DNA of 64,000 nt, from assembly GCA_046075565.1 (NCBI GenBank), contig JBJTQJ010000112.1:25542-89541 (forward strand). Direction: 5' to 3'. Positions 28,701 to 38,204 of this stretch are shown here, piece by piece; position 1 is the stretch's first letter; the number at the start of each line of letters is the position of its first letter. Under the pieces are notes generated by a model, which was not told the DNA's origin, did not search any database, and saw only the letters and a list, made by a program, of their open reading frames with translations. Both the position numbers and the translations under genes were made by a program. Source of the DNA: Verrucomicrobiales bacterium. GTDB lineage: Bacteria; Verrucomicrobiota; Verrucomicrobiia; Verrucomicrobiales; SLCJ01.

Positions 28701-29370
28701 TCAACCGTCCTTACTACGGTCACTCCAGAGCGCCGGGAACAACCGGTGCTGCAACCGTCCCAGCAATTTTTCGACCGGAAAACCCTGCAAGCCGACGGCA
28801 TCCGATCCAAGCAACCTCTGGATGATGAGGAAGTGGGTGTGCCGCCATTCCGCGATGCGCTGATCGATATCGAGCATACGTTCAATCATGGCATGGAATT
28901 GCGGATGGGCATGGCGCTCCGCGGTCACATCGCCGACACTGATGGAACTTTGGTCCAAGGCCGCCGTGAGTTTGTCCGACAGCAACGTCGCGACTTCGTG
29001 GATGCGATTGAACCCCGGAGAGTCGAATCCACTGCCATTTCCCAATTGCGGCCGGAAGGCGTGGTAATCCGATGGGGCCCATGGCCGTGCATTGGCCAAC
29101 GCAGCCCATGGCGTCGTCGGCTTTCTCCAGAAACCTGCAGGCCTCCCCATACTGACCATCGACAATCTGCTCCGCCGCACCTTCGATTTCCCATGCCACA
29201 TGCTTCAGCCAAAGTTCCGTGCTTTGATGCGCGGTCTGGAAAAGCAATTCATCACGATGGGTCAGCTCGCCGGGCCTTTTCTGCAAGGCAAGCAACTCAT
29301 CGGTCCGCAGATAGCGTTCGTAGTCGGTGCGGGCCGTTCCGGGAAGCATGGGAGCAGGAGACTGGTGCAT
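28701..29370 (-). pseudogene. Tryptophan 2,3-dioxygenase family protein, frameshifted near 29078
   Basis: N-half DYERYLRTDELLALQK..DELLFQTAHQSTELWLK is in ORF 28882..29370; C-half SDYHAFRPQLGNGSGFDSPG..WRHTHF..RLLG..GLQG..FPALW is in ORF 28701..29201. Confidence 0.8.
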
Positions 29371-29525
29371 GGGCGCGGGTAACGTAGTTGAGGTCCTCAG
29401 TGGTGCCTGCTGAGAGCCGGGGCAAATCCGATTTGCTATCCTTTGGGCCGGCGTCTTGCAAATAATGGATTGACCACGCGGGTTCTTGACGGCGAAAGTC
29501 GGGCTCGTTGAGCAATCCCGAGATC

Positions 29526-30776
29526 ATGGCAGCCCACTTTCATCTCTCCCTGCTTGAAACGGATGACTCCTCCGGGCCGGTTATTGGTCGGGCGGAAATC
29601 TGGCAGTCGCCTGAGGATGGTGCAGGAACCAGGGAGCCGGTGGCAGATTTGGTTTTCGAAGTGAATGGTGTCGGAAGTGTGAAATCGGATCTCGCGGCGT
29701 TTTTTCCCCTGGCTTTGCTACTGGCGATGCGCGCGGGCAAGAATTTGAAAGTTCATGGCAGTCTTCCTTCTCGATGGGAGAGCGACTGCCAACGCTTCCA
29801 GGAAATTGCCATCGCTTGTTTGCCCGGATGTTCATTGGTGGCGGTTGATGCCCAGTGGGATAGGAAACCGCGTGGAACCGGGCTTTCCGGAGAAGGGATA
29901 CTCTTTTCAGCGGACCTAGACTCAATCTCCGCCCTGCATCAAATCTCCCCGAGTCATCTCATCCATATCGGGTCCTCCACCGGAGCAGAGAAACTGGAAA
30001 CGTTCATGCGGAACGTCGCCGACCGATTGAGCGCGCACCTAGTGACCGTGGTCCCGAGAATCACTCTTCACGGCCATCATTCGTTCCATCTCGATGATGT
30101 TCCGGCGCTGATGGTAGCGGCTGTCGCGAATCTGCTGTCGGAAAGTCTTGGGAAAATCACCTGGCCTTCGCCACGGAATTGGAATTCGCCACCAAGAGGC
30201 GGAGATCATTTCGCCCTGACCGAATGTTTTTTGCCGGAAGGAAACGTGCTGCAATTTTCCGGCCGTGGGCTTACGGCGATGGAAAAATGGACCCAAGCCG
30301 CGACGATTCCCTGGGCAGGCGAGTTTCTTCAGGTTTGTGAGCGCCAGACGGACGATGGAATCCCATGCGGGACGTGTCCGTCTTGTTTGCGCACTCGCAT
30401 CGCCCTTTATGCGCTGGGAGAGGAAACGGAATGGCCAAGGCTTGTAAAATGCGGGCCCATGAATGCCGAGTTGGTGTCCGCCTGTGTCGAATGTGATCGG
30501 GAATTGTGCGAGGAAGCGCTCGCCGTGATCAAGCAACGCGACGAGACTTCGGAGGTTGCGGCTTGGCTTGATGAATCCCTGCGGCGTGATCGTCTTGATA
30601 ATTGGGCGCGTCGGCTCGGCGAAGTCGGGAGGGAGGCGATAGACACACCGGCTTGGACAAAACTGTCCCGCCGATTGTTGCCGCAAGTGTTGGCAACGGC
30701 AGCGCGGGTGGATTCAACCTGGCTATTGACCCTCGCGGACCAGTATCAATGCACGGGAGGCTCCTCCGATGACTGA
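29526..30776 (+). CDS. QueC-like paralog 3 with degenerate PP-loop
   Basis: Same layout as its neighbours; PP-loop reads FSADLDS; LQVCERQTDDGIPCGTCPSCLRT Cys cluster retained. Confidence 0.68.
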   Translation: MAAHFHLSLLETDDSSGPVIGRAEIWQSPEDGAGTREPVADLVFEVNGVGSVKSDLAAFFPLALLLAMRAGKNLKVHGSLPSRWESDCQRFQEIAIACLPGCSLVAVDAQWDRKPRGTGLSGEGILFSADLDSISALHQISPSHLIHIGSSTGAEKLETFMRNVADRLSAHLVTVVPRITLHGHHSFHLDDVPALMVAAVANLLSESLGKITWPSPRNWNSPPRGGDHFALTECFLPEGNVLQFSGRGLTAMEKWTQAATIPWAGEFLQVCERQTDDGIPCGTCPSCLRTRIALYALGEETEWPRLVKCGPMNAELVSACVECDRELCEEALAVIKQRDETSEVAAWLDESLRRDRLDNWARRLGEVGREAIDTPAWTKLSRRLLPQVLATAARVDSTWLLTLADQYQCTGGSSDD

Positions 30777-32088
30777 AACCAAAGTCCAGCCAGTCGTGCG
30801 GGTGCCGGTGCCCGTTGTCCGCCAGATGGCGGGAAACACCCGCGTTGATTTCACCTACACGGGCGCTTTGGGGGATGGTGTCTTCAGAGTTGAGATCAAC
30901 CGGCATCTGGAAATCGAATCCGCCGCGCTCGGGGCGGCGTGCGCCGCGTTGTTTTTGCTCCCGTCCATGACGATTGGAGCCCGTCTGGAACTCGAGGCTC
31001 CGCTAGATCCTGCGCTGTGGGAAAATCTCGAAGTCTTGAGGGAGATCTTCCGCACCTGGTATCCGGACAAGTTCGAGCGGTCTGGCTCGGTTGTGGCCAC
31101 CGCCGCGATGCGTCGCGAGTGGCACTCATACCGCCGGGGAATTTTCTTTTCCGGTGGCGTGGACTCAACCTATTCTGTGCTTCGACACCGTGCACCCATT
31201 TCAGAACTAGTCTTTGTCGTCGGCTTTGATATCGCTCATGGGAATAATGAACTGGCCAAAGGTGTGACTTCGAGCCTCCGGGACGCGGCCAAGCGCTTTG
31301 ATTTGCCGATGATGGAGATTCTCACGGATCTCCGGGATTTCAGCGATCGGCATGTCCACTGGGGAAGCCACTATTGCGGAGCCGCCATGGCGGGCGTGGC
31401 GCACTTGCTTGCGGCCTCCTTCGGCGAAATGATTGTGCCGGGCAGCGTGACATGGAAGGATTCGGGGGCTTTCGGAACCCATCCGTTCATCGATGAAAGA
31501 TGGTCATCCCCATGGCTGCGAATCCATCATGATTCTTGTGATATGGATCGCCTCGAGAAAATCCGTACCATCGTCGAGAACGTGGATGCCCTGCGCCATC
31601 TGCGCGTTTGCTGGAGGAATCCCGACAACAGCTACAACTGCTGCCATTGTGAAAAGTGTCTGAGAGCCATCGCCAATCTTCGGGCGTTGGGGGCACTCGA
31701 ACACGCGACGACATTTCCCCGGCTGCCGGAAATTGCCGAGCTCCGCTCCCTCGAGATCGACCATGAGCTGGTGGTTCCATTCATCGAGCAGACGATTCAT
31801 GAAGCAAGACTTGCGGGGGATGAAGAACTCGCCGAAGCACTTGATCTCGCGATTGCCAGCCATCGTGTGGCCATACTGGGAAAACTGCCCAAGGAACTCC
31901 TCGCGGAGCTTCCGAATTCCCGAGTCTGGCGGGAAGAAGTCTTTTCATTGATGCGCGCTTCGATCGTGGAGGCGGCCTATGCCGCGGACCCCGAATGGAC
32001 CAGGGCCAAGATCCTCAATCGCCTCCCTGCGGAAGCACGGCAGTCGAGGCAACGGATCGCGAAGCGCCCGTGGTGGAAGCTTTGGTGA
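30769..32088 (+). CDS. QueC-like PP-loop/Zn-site ATPase paralog 4
   Basis: FFSGGVDSTYS, VGFDI, TDLR, GTHPFIDERWSS, LRVCWRNPDNSYNCCHCEKCLRA; overlaps paralog 3. Confidence 0.78.
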   Translation: MTETKVQPVVRVPVPVVRQMAGNTRVDFTYTGALGDGVFRVEINRHLEIESAALGAACAALFLLPSMTIGARLELEAPLDPALWENLEVLREIFRTWYPDKFERSGSVVATAAMRREWHSYRRGIFFSGGVDSTYSVLRHRAPISELVFVVGFDIAHGNNELAKGVTSSLRDAAKRFDLPMMEILTDLRDFSDRHVHWGSHYCGAAMAGVAHLLAASFGEMIVPGSVTWKDSGAFGTHPFIDERWSSPWLRIHHDSCDMDRLEKIRTIVENVDALRHLRVCWRNPDNSYNCCHCEKCLRAIANLRALGALEHATTFPRLPEIAELRSLEIDHELVVPFIEQTIHEARLAGDEELAEALDLAIASHRVAILGKLPKELLAELPNSRVWREEVFSLMRASIVEAAYAADPEWTRAKILNRLPAEARQSRQRIAKRPWWKLW

Positions 32089-32107
32089 CAAATACTGAGA
32101 ACAGCGA

Positions 32108-33364
32108 ATGACACGGAAAAACACCATTCTCATCTTCGGCGGCACCACCCACCAGAATCGCGGGGATCTGGCCATGCATGCGGGTTTTCTCCAGTGGCTG
32201 CGGAACGCACGACCGGATCTTGAGCCGCTTTTTCTCGCCAACAATCCAGAGCACACCGCCGAAGTGCTTGGAGTCACCAGCATCCGATCTCCGGATGCGG
32301 CACTTGCACAGCCATGGAACAAAGAGACCCGGATGAGCACGCGGCAAAGGATTCGGTCGTATGCCAGGGGTTTCAGGTTCGTGCTTCGTCCCGAGGGGTT
32401 GCGTGAACATTTTCAGAGGGCGGTCGCCGCGTTTATTCCGGGCAGCGGATCGATGAACAGTCTGTGGTGGCACGACTGGTTGCATGTGAAGGCTTGGGAG
32501 GCCTTGGCCGCCCGTCGCGCCGGCATTCCGGTCTTTGCGACCAGCCAAGGTGTGGGGCCGGAGTTCACGCATCCTCTCGATGCCCGTGCGGCCCGGATGA
32601 TGTTCAATGCTTGTGAAGTGGTGGGTGTGCGCGATGGCGAAGCTTCTGCTGGGATCCTGCGTTCCTGTGGAGTGAACGCCGGTAAAATCGCGCATACCGG
32701 TGATGATGCGCTTCTGCTCCGGCCGGATCAAGAGGGTGGCAACCGTCTGCTTGGCGGATTCGGAGCGGGTCATCCGCTGGTGGCCTTGAATTTGCGTGAT
32801 GCCTCCAGTTACGGAAAGAAGTATCCCAAACCGGATTTTGAATTCTGGTCCAACCTGCTTCGCGATCTGGCCGCTTTGCCATCCTCTCCACACTTCCTGT
32901 TCCTGCCGGTTAGCTACGATCCGATGGATGACGACCGGCGTCCGGCGAGATCCCTAATTGACTCGTTGGTGGCAACCGGTATCCCTTCATCGAGGTTTTT
33001 CGCGGTGGAAGAAAGCGTCGATGCCCGGGTGCTGCTGGCTCTGGCCGCACGTGCCGCGGTCGGAGTTGGCATCTCCTATCATTTTCTTCTTTTTTGCCTG
33101 CATGCCGGTGTGCCCGCCTTCGGGCTTTGGCAGAACCCGTATTACAAGGCGAAAATCGAAGGACTGATGGCGCTTTATCAGTGTCCGCAGCATGCTCATG
33201 CGTTGGCCGAAATCTCCCCCGCCATGTTATCCCTGCGGGTGCGGGAAGCGCTGGCGGATCGTGCCGCCCACGTTTATCATCTGGAAGCTGTCTCACGCCA
33301 TCTGCAATCCGTCGCCGAACAAACCCGGGCCCGTATCCTCGAATGTTTTCCCCCACCACCATGA
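32108..33364 (+). CDS. Polysaccharide pyruvyl transferase family protein
   Basis: NRGDLAM, GSGSMN, SQGVGP, VGVRDGEAS, TGDDA, SYHFLLF motifs of the PS_pyruv_trans/WcaK family. Confidence 0.8.
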   Translation: MTRKNTILIFGGTTHQNRGDLAMHAGFLQWLRNARPDLEPLFLANNPEHTAEVLGVTSIRSPDAALAQPWNKETRMSTRQRIRSYARGFRFVLRPEGLREHFQRAVAAFIPGSGSMNSLWWHDWLHVKAWEALAARRAGIPVFATSQGVGPEFTHPLDARAARMMFNACEVVGVRDGEASAGILRSCGVNAGKIAHTGDDALLLRPDQEGGNRLLGGFGAGHPLVALNLRDASSYGKKYPKPDFEFWSNLLRDLAALPSSPHFLFLPVSYDPMDDDRRPARSLIDSLVATGIPSSRFFAVEESVDARVLLALAARAAVGVGISYHFLLFCLHAGVPAFGLWQNPYYKAKIEGLMALYQCPQHAHALAEISPAMLSLRVREALADRAAHVYHLEAVSRHLQSVAEQTRARILECFPPPP

Positions 33365-34281
33365 GCCAGCCGCAGACATCGTCGCAAACCCCGGTCGCCG
33401 CCGTGGATATCATCATGCGGACCAAGAATCGCATGAGTCTGCTTCCCCGTGCGATTGCGAGCGTGCGCGCCCAAACCTTCACCGACTGGAACCTGATCCT
33501 CGTTGACTCCGGGGACCACGCGGCAACCACGGATTGGCTGGCGGCAAATCCAGGTCTGGCAGGCGAGCGCCTGCTCCATCTACCGATCACGGCGGGGCCA
33601 AAGATGGGTGAGCTTTCGAATATCGGGATCCGGCATGGTTCCGCACCTCTGGTTGTATTGCTCGACGATGACGACACATGGAGTCCGGACTTTCTCGCTT
33701 TGACCTGTTCGGTCCTGCAATCCCGGCACGGTGATACATCTTGCCGCGGAGTCGTGACTCGCACCACGATCGTGTATGAAGAATGGCAGGGAGGGCAATG
33801 GTTGGAAACAAGGGTGGAGGAACTCAATCCGAAATTGACCCGTGTCACTTTGCCCTTGCTCGCGGCGGTCAACCGGTTCACGACCAATTCGTTTGTCTAT
33901 GAACGTGCAGCATGGGAAGACCTCGGCGGATATGATGCGGTCATGCCCGTGCTCGATGACTGGGATTTCAATCTCCGCTTTTTGTTAAGGTGGGACATCG
34001 CCTGTGTGCCATCGGCACATGCGTTCTGGCATCGTCGGCCGGCGACCGGGGCTGAGACCGACAACACCGACGCTGCCGACCACGAATTCGAAACTGCGGC
34101 TTACATCAACCGCCATATCCGGGCCGGACTCGCTTCCCCCTTGGCCGCCCTTTTTCATGCGGGAGAATTACACCGTCTCGAGATGGAGCGCCAGGCACAA
34201 ATGTTTGCCAAGATCAGATCCATGAGCGACAAAGTGGGCAAGATCGACAGCCGAACCAGAAAACAATCGTCCGACAAATGA
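33361..34281 (+). CDS. Glycosyltransferase family 2
   Basis: IIMRTKNR..LPRAIASVRAQT, LLDDDD (DxD), DDWDFNLR; ATGA overlap with the upstream gene. Confidence 0.88.
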   Translation: MSQPQTSSQTPVAAVDIIMRTKNRMSLLPRAIASVRAQTFTDWNLILVDSGDHAATTDWLAANPGLAGERLLHLPITAGPKMGELSNIGIRHGSAPLVVLLDDDDTWSPDFLALTCSVLQSRHGDTSCRGVVTRTTIVYEEWQGGQWLETRVEELNPKLTRVTLPLLAAVNRFTTNSFVYERAAWEDLGGYDAVMPVLDDWDFNLRFLLRWDIACVPSAHAFWHRRPATGAETDNTDAADHEFETAAYINRHIRAGLASPLAALFHAGELHRLEMERQAQMFAKIRSMSDKVGKIDSRTRKQSSDK

Positions 34282-34291
34282 GCGGGCACCA

Positions 34292-36110
34292 TTACCGCCA
34301 GAGTGCGTCTTCAATGGCGGCGACCGATTGTCCATCGATATAGTGTCGCATCCAGATTTCCGAACTGATCAACCGGAAAGCACCGCGGCCTCGTCCCGGT
34401 TCGAGCCATTTGGTGAGGAGACGTGGTTTGGCGACTTTGAATTGCTCGCGCAGCATGGAATCGATCAGGAATTCCGGCTTGGCGTGTTCGCCGAAGAATG
34501 GATTCGAATCCAAGCTGAAGCCAAGTTTGCGCGGGCGGTCGGCCACTTCTGCCGGCATCCAGCGCCGGGCCACTTCCTTGAGTCCCCTTTGATCGTCGGC
34601 CAGAGATGGCCTTCCATCGGAGAACTCAGGCAGAACCGGACCATCTCCAAATCGAGGAATGGCTCGCGGGCCTCGACGCTGTGCGCCATCGACCATGCGT
34701 CCAGTTGTCGGAGTCCGCGATAAAGGTGTGTCTTGCATTCCAGCGCTGCGGATTGAATCATCTCACCGCGGGCTGGCGGCAGATGCGCGGTAGCCGCCGT
34801 CAGGTCGGCGCGGAGCGTTCCGATGTAGCTCTCTTCCGAAGCAAGGGGCTCCGCTTGCCCGACCACCCGCCAGAGCTCTGCTTCCATGGGCCAGCGTCCC
34901 TCATCATAGGTGTCCTGGGGCGCTGCTCTCCCGATTTCCTTGAAGAATGCCGCGCGGGCGGCCATGTGTTTGAAATCATAACCACCGCAGATTTCATCGG
35001 CGCCTTCGCCGCCTAACAACACCTTGCGCCCATCCGCCGCAACCGCTGCCGCCAACTCCATGCCGGCCACGGCGCTCTCATACCAGATTGGTGCCCCGAG
35101 CCCGCAGGCAATTTTAACGTAGCTTTCCCGCCACCGCTTGGCGGTCATGGGGACATGGTGGAGACGGACCCCGGCTTGGTTGGCCACCAGTTCTGCGTAA
35201 TGGCTTTCATCCCAGGTGGATTGCTCTACGTGAAACATGGTGAAAGCCTCTACCTCCGGATGCAGGCGGGCTAGCATGGCCGTGACGAGGGATGAATCAA
35301 TTCCCCCGGAGCAGAGGGTCGCGGCCGGAACTTCCGCAAGCATGCGGCGCTCAATTGACGCGAGCATCGTTTTCTCCAACATGTCCACTCTCTCCTTGTC
35401 GGAAACCCCGGCCAACTCATCACGGAGTGCCGGGTCCATGCTATCGGACAACTGGACCCAGTTGTGCCGCTCCGCCAAGCCCCGGCCGGTGTCGATCACC
35501 AGCATTTCCCCTGGCAAAAGCACTTCCACACCTTCGAGGCAGGTTTCCGGTCCATAGACCCAGAAACGGGCGAGGTGGCCGTGAAGGACGGGCGCATTCA
35601 GACGCCTCGCGACGCCCGCCGCGATCATCGCCTTCATCTCGCTGGCAAAACACCAGCCATTGCCCAGCCGCGCCCACAGCAGGGGTTTCACCCCGAAACG
35701 GTCTCTGACCAGGTAAACCCGTCCGGTGGCCCGGTCATGGGCCGCAAAGACGAAAAATCCGTTCAACTCCCGAAGGATGCCGAAGCCTGTCGTGGCAATG
35801 GCATGGAGTAAGGTTTCGGTATCGGAGTTGCCTCGCCATGAATGTCCCGGGAAGCGATGGCGGAGTTCCATGTGGTTGAAGACTTCACCGTTATAACAAA
35901 TGGACCAACGCCCATCCGGATGGACCATCGGTTGGTGGCCGGTTTCTCCCAGTCCGACGATTGCCAAACGCCGGTGAGCCAGTCCCACTAGATCGTGGAC
36001 CAAGATTCCTTCATCGTCGGGCCCGCGATGGGTCAAGACCGCCGCCATGGCGGCAAGGGTTTCTGGATCGGGGGTTGAATCCGTAGATATGATGGAGCGA
36101 TACCACACAT
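34292..36110 (-). pseudogene. asnB: Asparagine synthase (glutamine-hydrolysing)-like amidotransferase with two apparent frameshifts
   Basis: MCGIA start at 36110 is out of frame with the body (1 nt missing near 36095). Body has HRGPD, HRRLAI, YNGEVFN, RDRFGVKP, SGGIDSS, GEGADE and SVEAREPFLD. C-terminus (LKEVARRWMPAEVADRPRKLGF) continues in another frame after the C4 run at 34584-34587. Confidence 0.85.
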
Positions 36111-36119
36111 GATAATGGG

Positions 36120-37733
36120 TCAGAAAGAGTTTGTCCCGGTTCCGGGGTTGGGGGCCAATGAGAAATGGGTGTGGGCGGCTCGGTAATGGCCATCGGGCTG
36201 GTGTAAGAGAAGAATGGTGGCGCGACCGGAACGCTCGAACTCCGTTCCATCCGCTCGACGGCCCATTGACTTCCATAACGCGGTCAGAACCAAGGCCGTG
36301 TTATCCGCCGACGATTGGCAGTGTATGCTTTCGGGGCAAAAATGAAAGCCATTGGTTCGCGGCCAAATGAATGACCACTGGCGAGTCCGAAGGTCATCGA
36401 TTCCCGTTGCTTCCTCGGCGATGGTGCCGAATCCAAGAATACCGGGGAGGCAGAGGCGTTCGCCCGCTCCGAAATCGCAAGCCCTCACACAGGCTGCGAA
36501 TTGCTCCAGCCAAGCGTGGCCGGTAGCGACGCGAACTTCTGCTCCCATTGTTTCCGGGGCCAAACGCTCCCTCGCTTCGGTGATACACTGCTCGAATTCG
36601 GCGAGCCACCAAGTTCCGGCACCGATGCCCACCACGACTGCGAGGATACTTTCCGCAGTCTGAAGGTTCTGTCGATCACGAAGCCGCAAAGCCCTGATTT
36701 CGCCAGGCCGGAATTGGCGCGGAAAAGCCGCAGGGATTTCACCGCGGACTGCCAGAAAACACAATTGTGTGGCAATACACTTGAAACATACGCCGCAGTT
36801 GGCCGCCGCGTCCGGTCCTTCCCAACACACGCGCAGACGGGCGGCGGCCACGCCCCAATCGGCGATGCCGCGCACCTTGCCGAGTTTGTTCCATGGTGTG
36901 CCGTGATGGACAATTGGAAAACCCGGCAGCCCTAGGGAAGGGTCCAGTGCCGGATGCGAGCCCCAGCGCGCCTTGAGATCTCGAATCTGATAGGTCGATG
37001 GAATCACACCCGCCGAGTGTCCGCTGCGGAAGACGTGCAAGAGCGCCGCCAAATGAATACCGTGCACTTCCTGGCCCCAGTCCAATCCGAATTTGTGGCA
37101 AAGATCCCGGATATTGGTCCTGGCCACCAGCAACCTTGCTCCCGCCGCTTCCAGGATGGGCCGTACCCGTTCCACCGCTGCCGCGAATCCCGCGTGATTG
37201 TTTTTCTCGATATCGAACCCGTGGACAAAGAGACCGGCCGCGAGGGGAATGCCAAGGGGATTGGCGGCGCCGGAGAAAAGCCGCGCCGTAAAACTGCTGT
37301 CCACTCCTCCGCTGAAGCACATCAAACAGCCTCGGGCAGCAGAGACGAGATCCGGCGGCACCGCGGCAGCGTCCTGGCCGGGATTTTCACTGAACGTGCT
37401 CACGGGCACGCTATGGAATTTTCCTGGAAACAACGAAACCATGCTCAGTTGCCATTCTGCCACCCCGGCGATCAATGATGGCGATACCGTTCCCCGGACT
37501 TCGAAAGGCAGGCCCACTTTCATCGCTGCCGGAAGGGCGGCGAGAAAAAAAGCGTCCCCAACCGCCGGTTCCCCCGGCGCGACCGCTTCCTCGGGTAATT
37601 CGATCCACAATTTAGCGGCCGGGTGCCCGGGAGCATTAAATACCGCTTCGAGTCTAGGCCCGGAAACGGTGCGAATCTCCAATACCGCGCGATCGAAGGG
37701 AAGATTGGAAATGCGGGTATCGGTCAAAGCCAT
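36120..37733 (-). CDS. QueC-like PP-loop/Zn-site ATPase paralog 5 fused to a C-terminal SnoaL/NTF2-like domain
   Basis: CFSGGVDSSFT, VHGFDI, RTNIR, WGSHPALDP, LRVCWEGPDAAANCGVCFKC; the last ~140 aa (GFGT..GIDDL..QW..IWP..RSGRATILL..HTHFSLAP) resemble SnoaL_3/NTF2. Confidence 0.75.
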   Translation of the reverse strand: MALTDTRISNLPFDRAVLEIRTVSGPRLEAVFNAPGHPAAKLWIELPEEAVAPGEPAVGDAFFLAALPAAMKVGLPFEVRGTVSPSLIAGVAEWQLSMVSLFPGKFHSVPVSTFSENPGQDAAAVPPDLVSAARGCLMCFSGGVDSSFTARLFSGAANPLGIPLAAGLFVHGFDIEKNNHAGFAAAVERVRPILEAAGARLLVARTNIRDLCHKFGLDWGQEVHGIHLAALLHVFRSGHSAGVIPSTYQIRDLKARWGSHPALDPSLGLPGFPIVHHGTPWNKLGKVRGIADWGVAAARLRVCWEGPDAAANCGVCFKCIATQLCFLAVRGEIPAAFPRQFRPGEIRALRLRDRQNLQTAESILAVVVGIGAGTWWLAEFEQCITEARERLAPETMGAEVRVATGHAWLEQFAACVRACDFGAGERLCLPGILGFGTIAEEATGIDDLRTRQWSFIWPRTNGFHFCPESIHCQSSADNTALVLTALWKSMGRRADGTEFERSGRATILLLHQPDGHYRAAHTHFSLAPNPGTGTNSF

Positions 37734-37985
37734 GGTGGAACGCGGCGGCATTCTACCCCATGCGGATGGGCCGTGCAATTTTCTCCCCAAAGGCAAAGCC
37801 CAGATGCTGGGCCGGGCATGCGCCGCGTTCCATCTTTCCGAGCGTTCGGCGTTTCCATGAAAGGCCCTACACGGCTTTCTTATGCGCATGGCCTCTAGGA
37901 CACTGGTGTCAGATGAGACGCGAGGGTGGCCAGAACGGTATCCGATCCTATAGGCACGATTGTCCGTGATGGTGTCGGGAGGTTT

Positions 37986-38058
37986 GTTGGAGTTCGGGCT
38001 TTAGCCCGTCGGACGGTTGGCCCTGCGGCATGAGACGGGCTGAAGCCCGAACTCCAAC
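37986..38058. repeat. Inverted REP-like pair
   Basis: GTTGGAGTTCGGGCTTTAGCCCGTC and GACGGGCTGAAGCCCGAACTCCAAC are reverse complements at 24/25 nt, and each is internally palindromic. Confidence 0.8.
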
Positions 38059-38204
38059 CATGAGTCGAGGGCTTCGTGCAGCGCCTGAATCAGTGGAAAA
38101 GAAGAGCCACTTTACCTCCAAAAAGCGCTGTCGATGCAGGCGCTTTCCCAAGCATGGGTTCCGCCTGATCACCGCGCTCGCTCCTGCCCGCCGATCAACT
38201 TCGG

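Noticed and set aside
34292-36110. Lasso-peptide cyclase (AsnB-like) cluster
   Set aside because: The protein has a full N-terminal MCGI glutaminase domain, and no precursor, B1/RRE or B2 peptidase gene is nearby.
25986-37733. Queuosine biosynthesis, Dpd DNA modification, or QatABCD/CBASS defence locus
   Set aside because: No queD/queE/folE/tgt, dpd, qatA/B/D, cyclase or nuclease genes; the neighbours are glycan enzymes.
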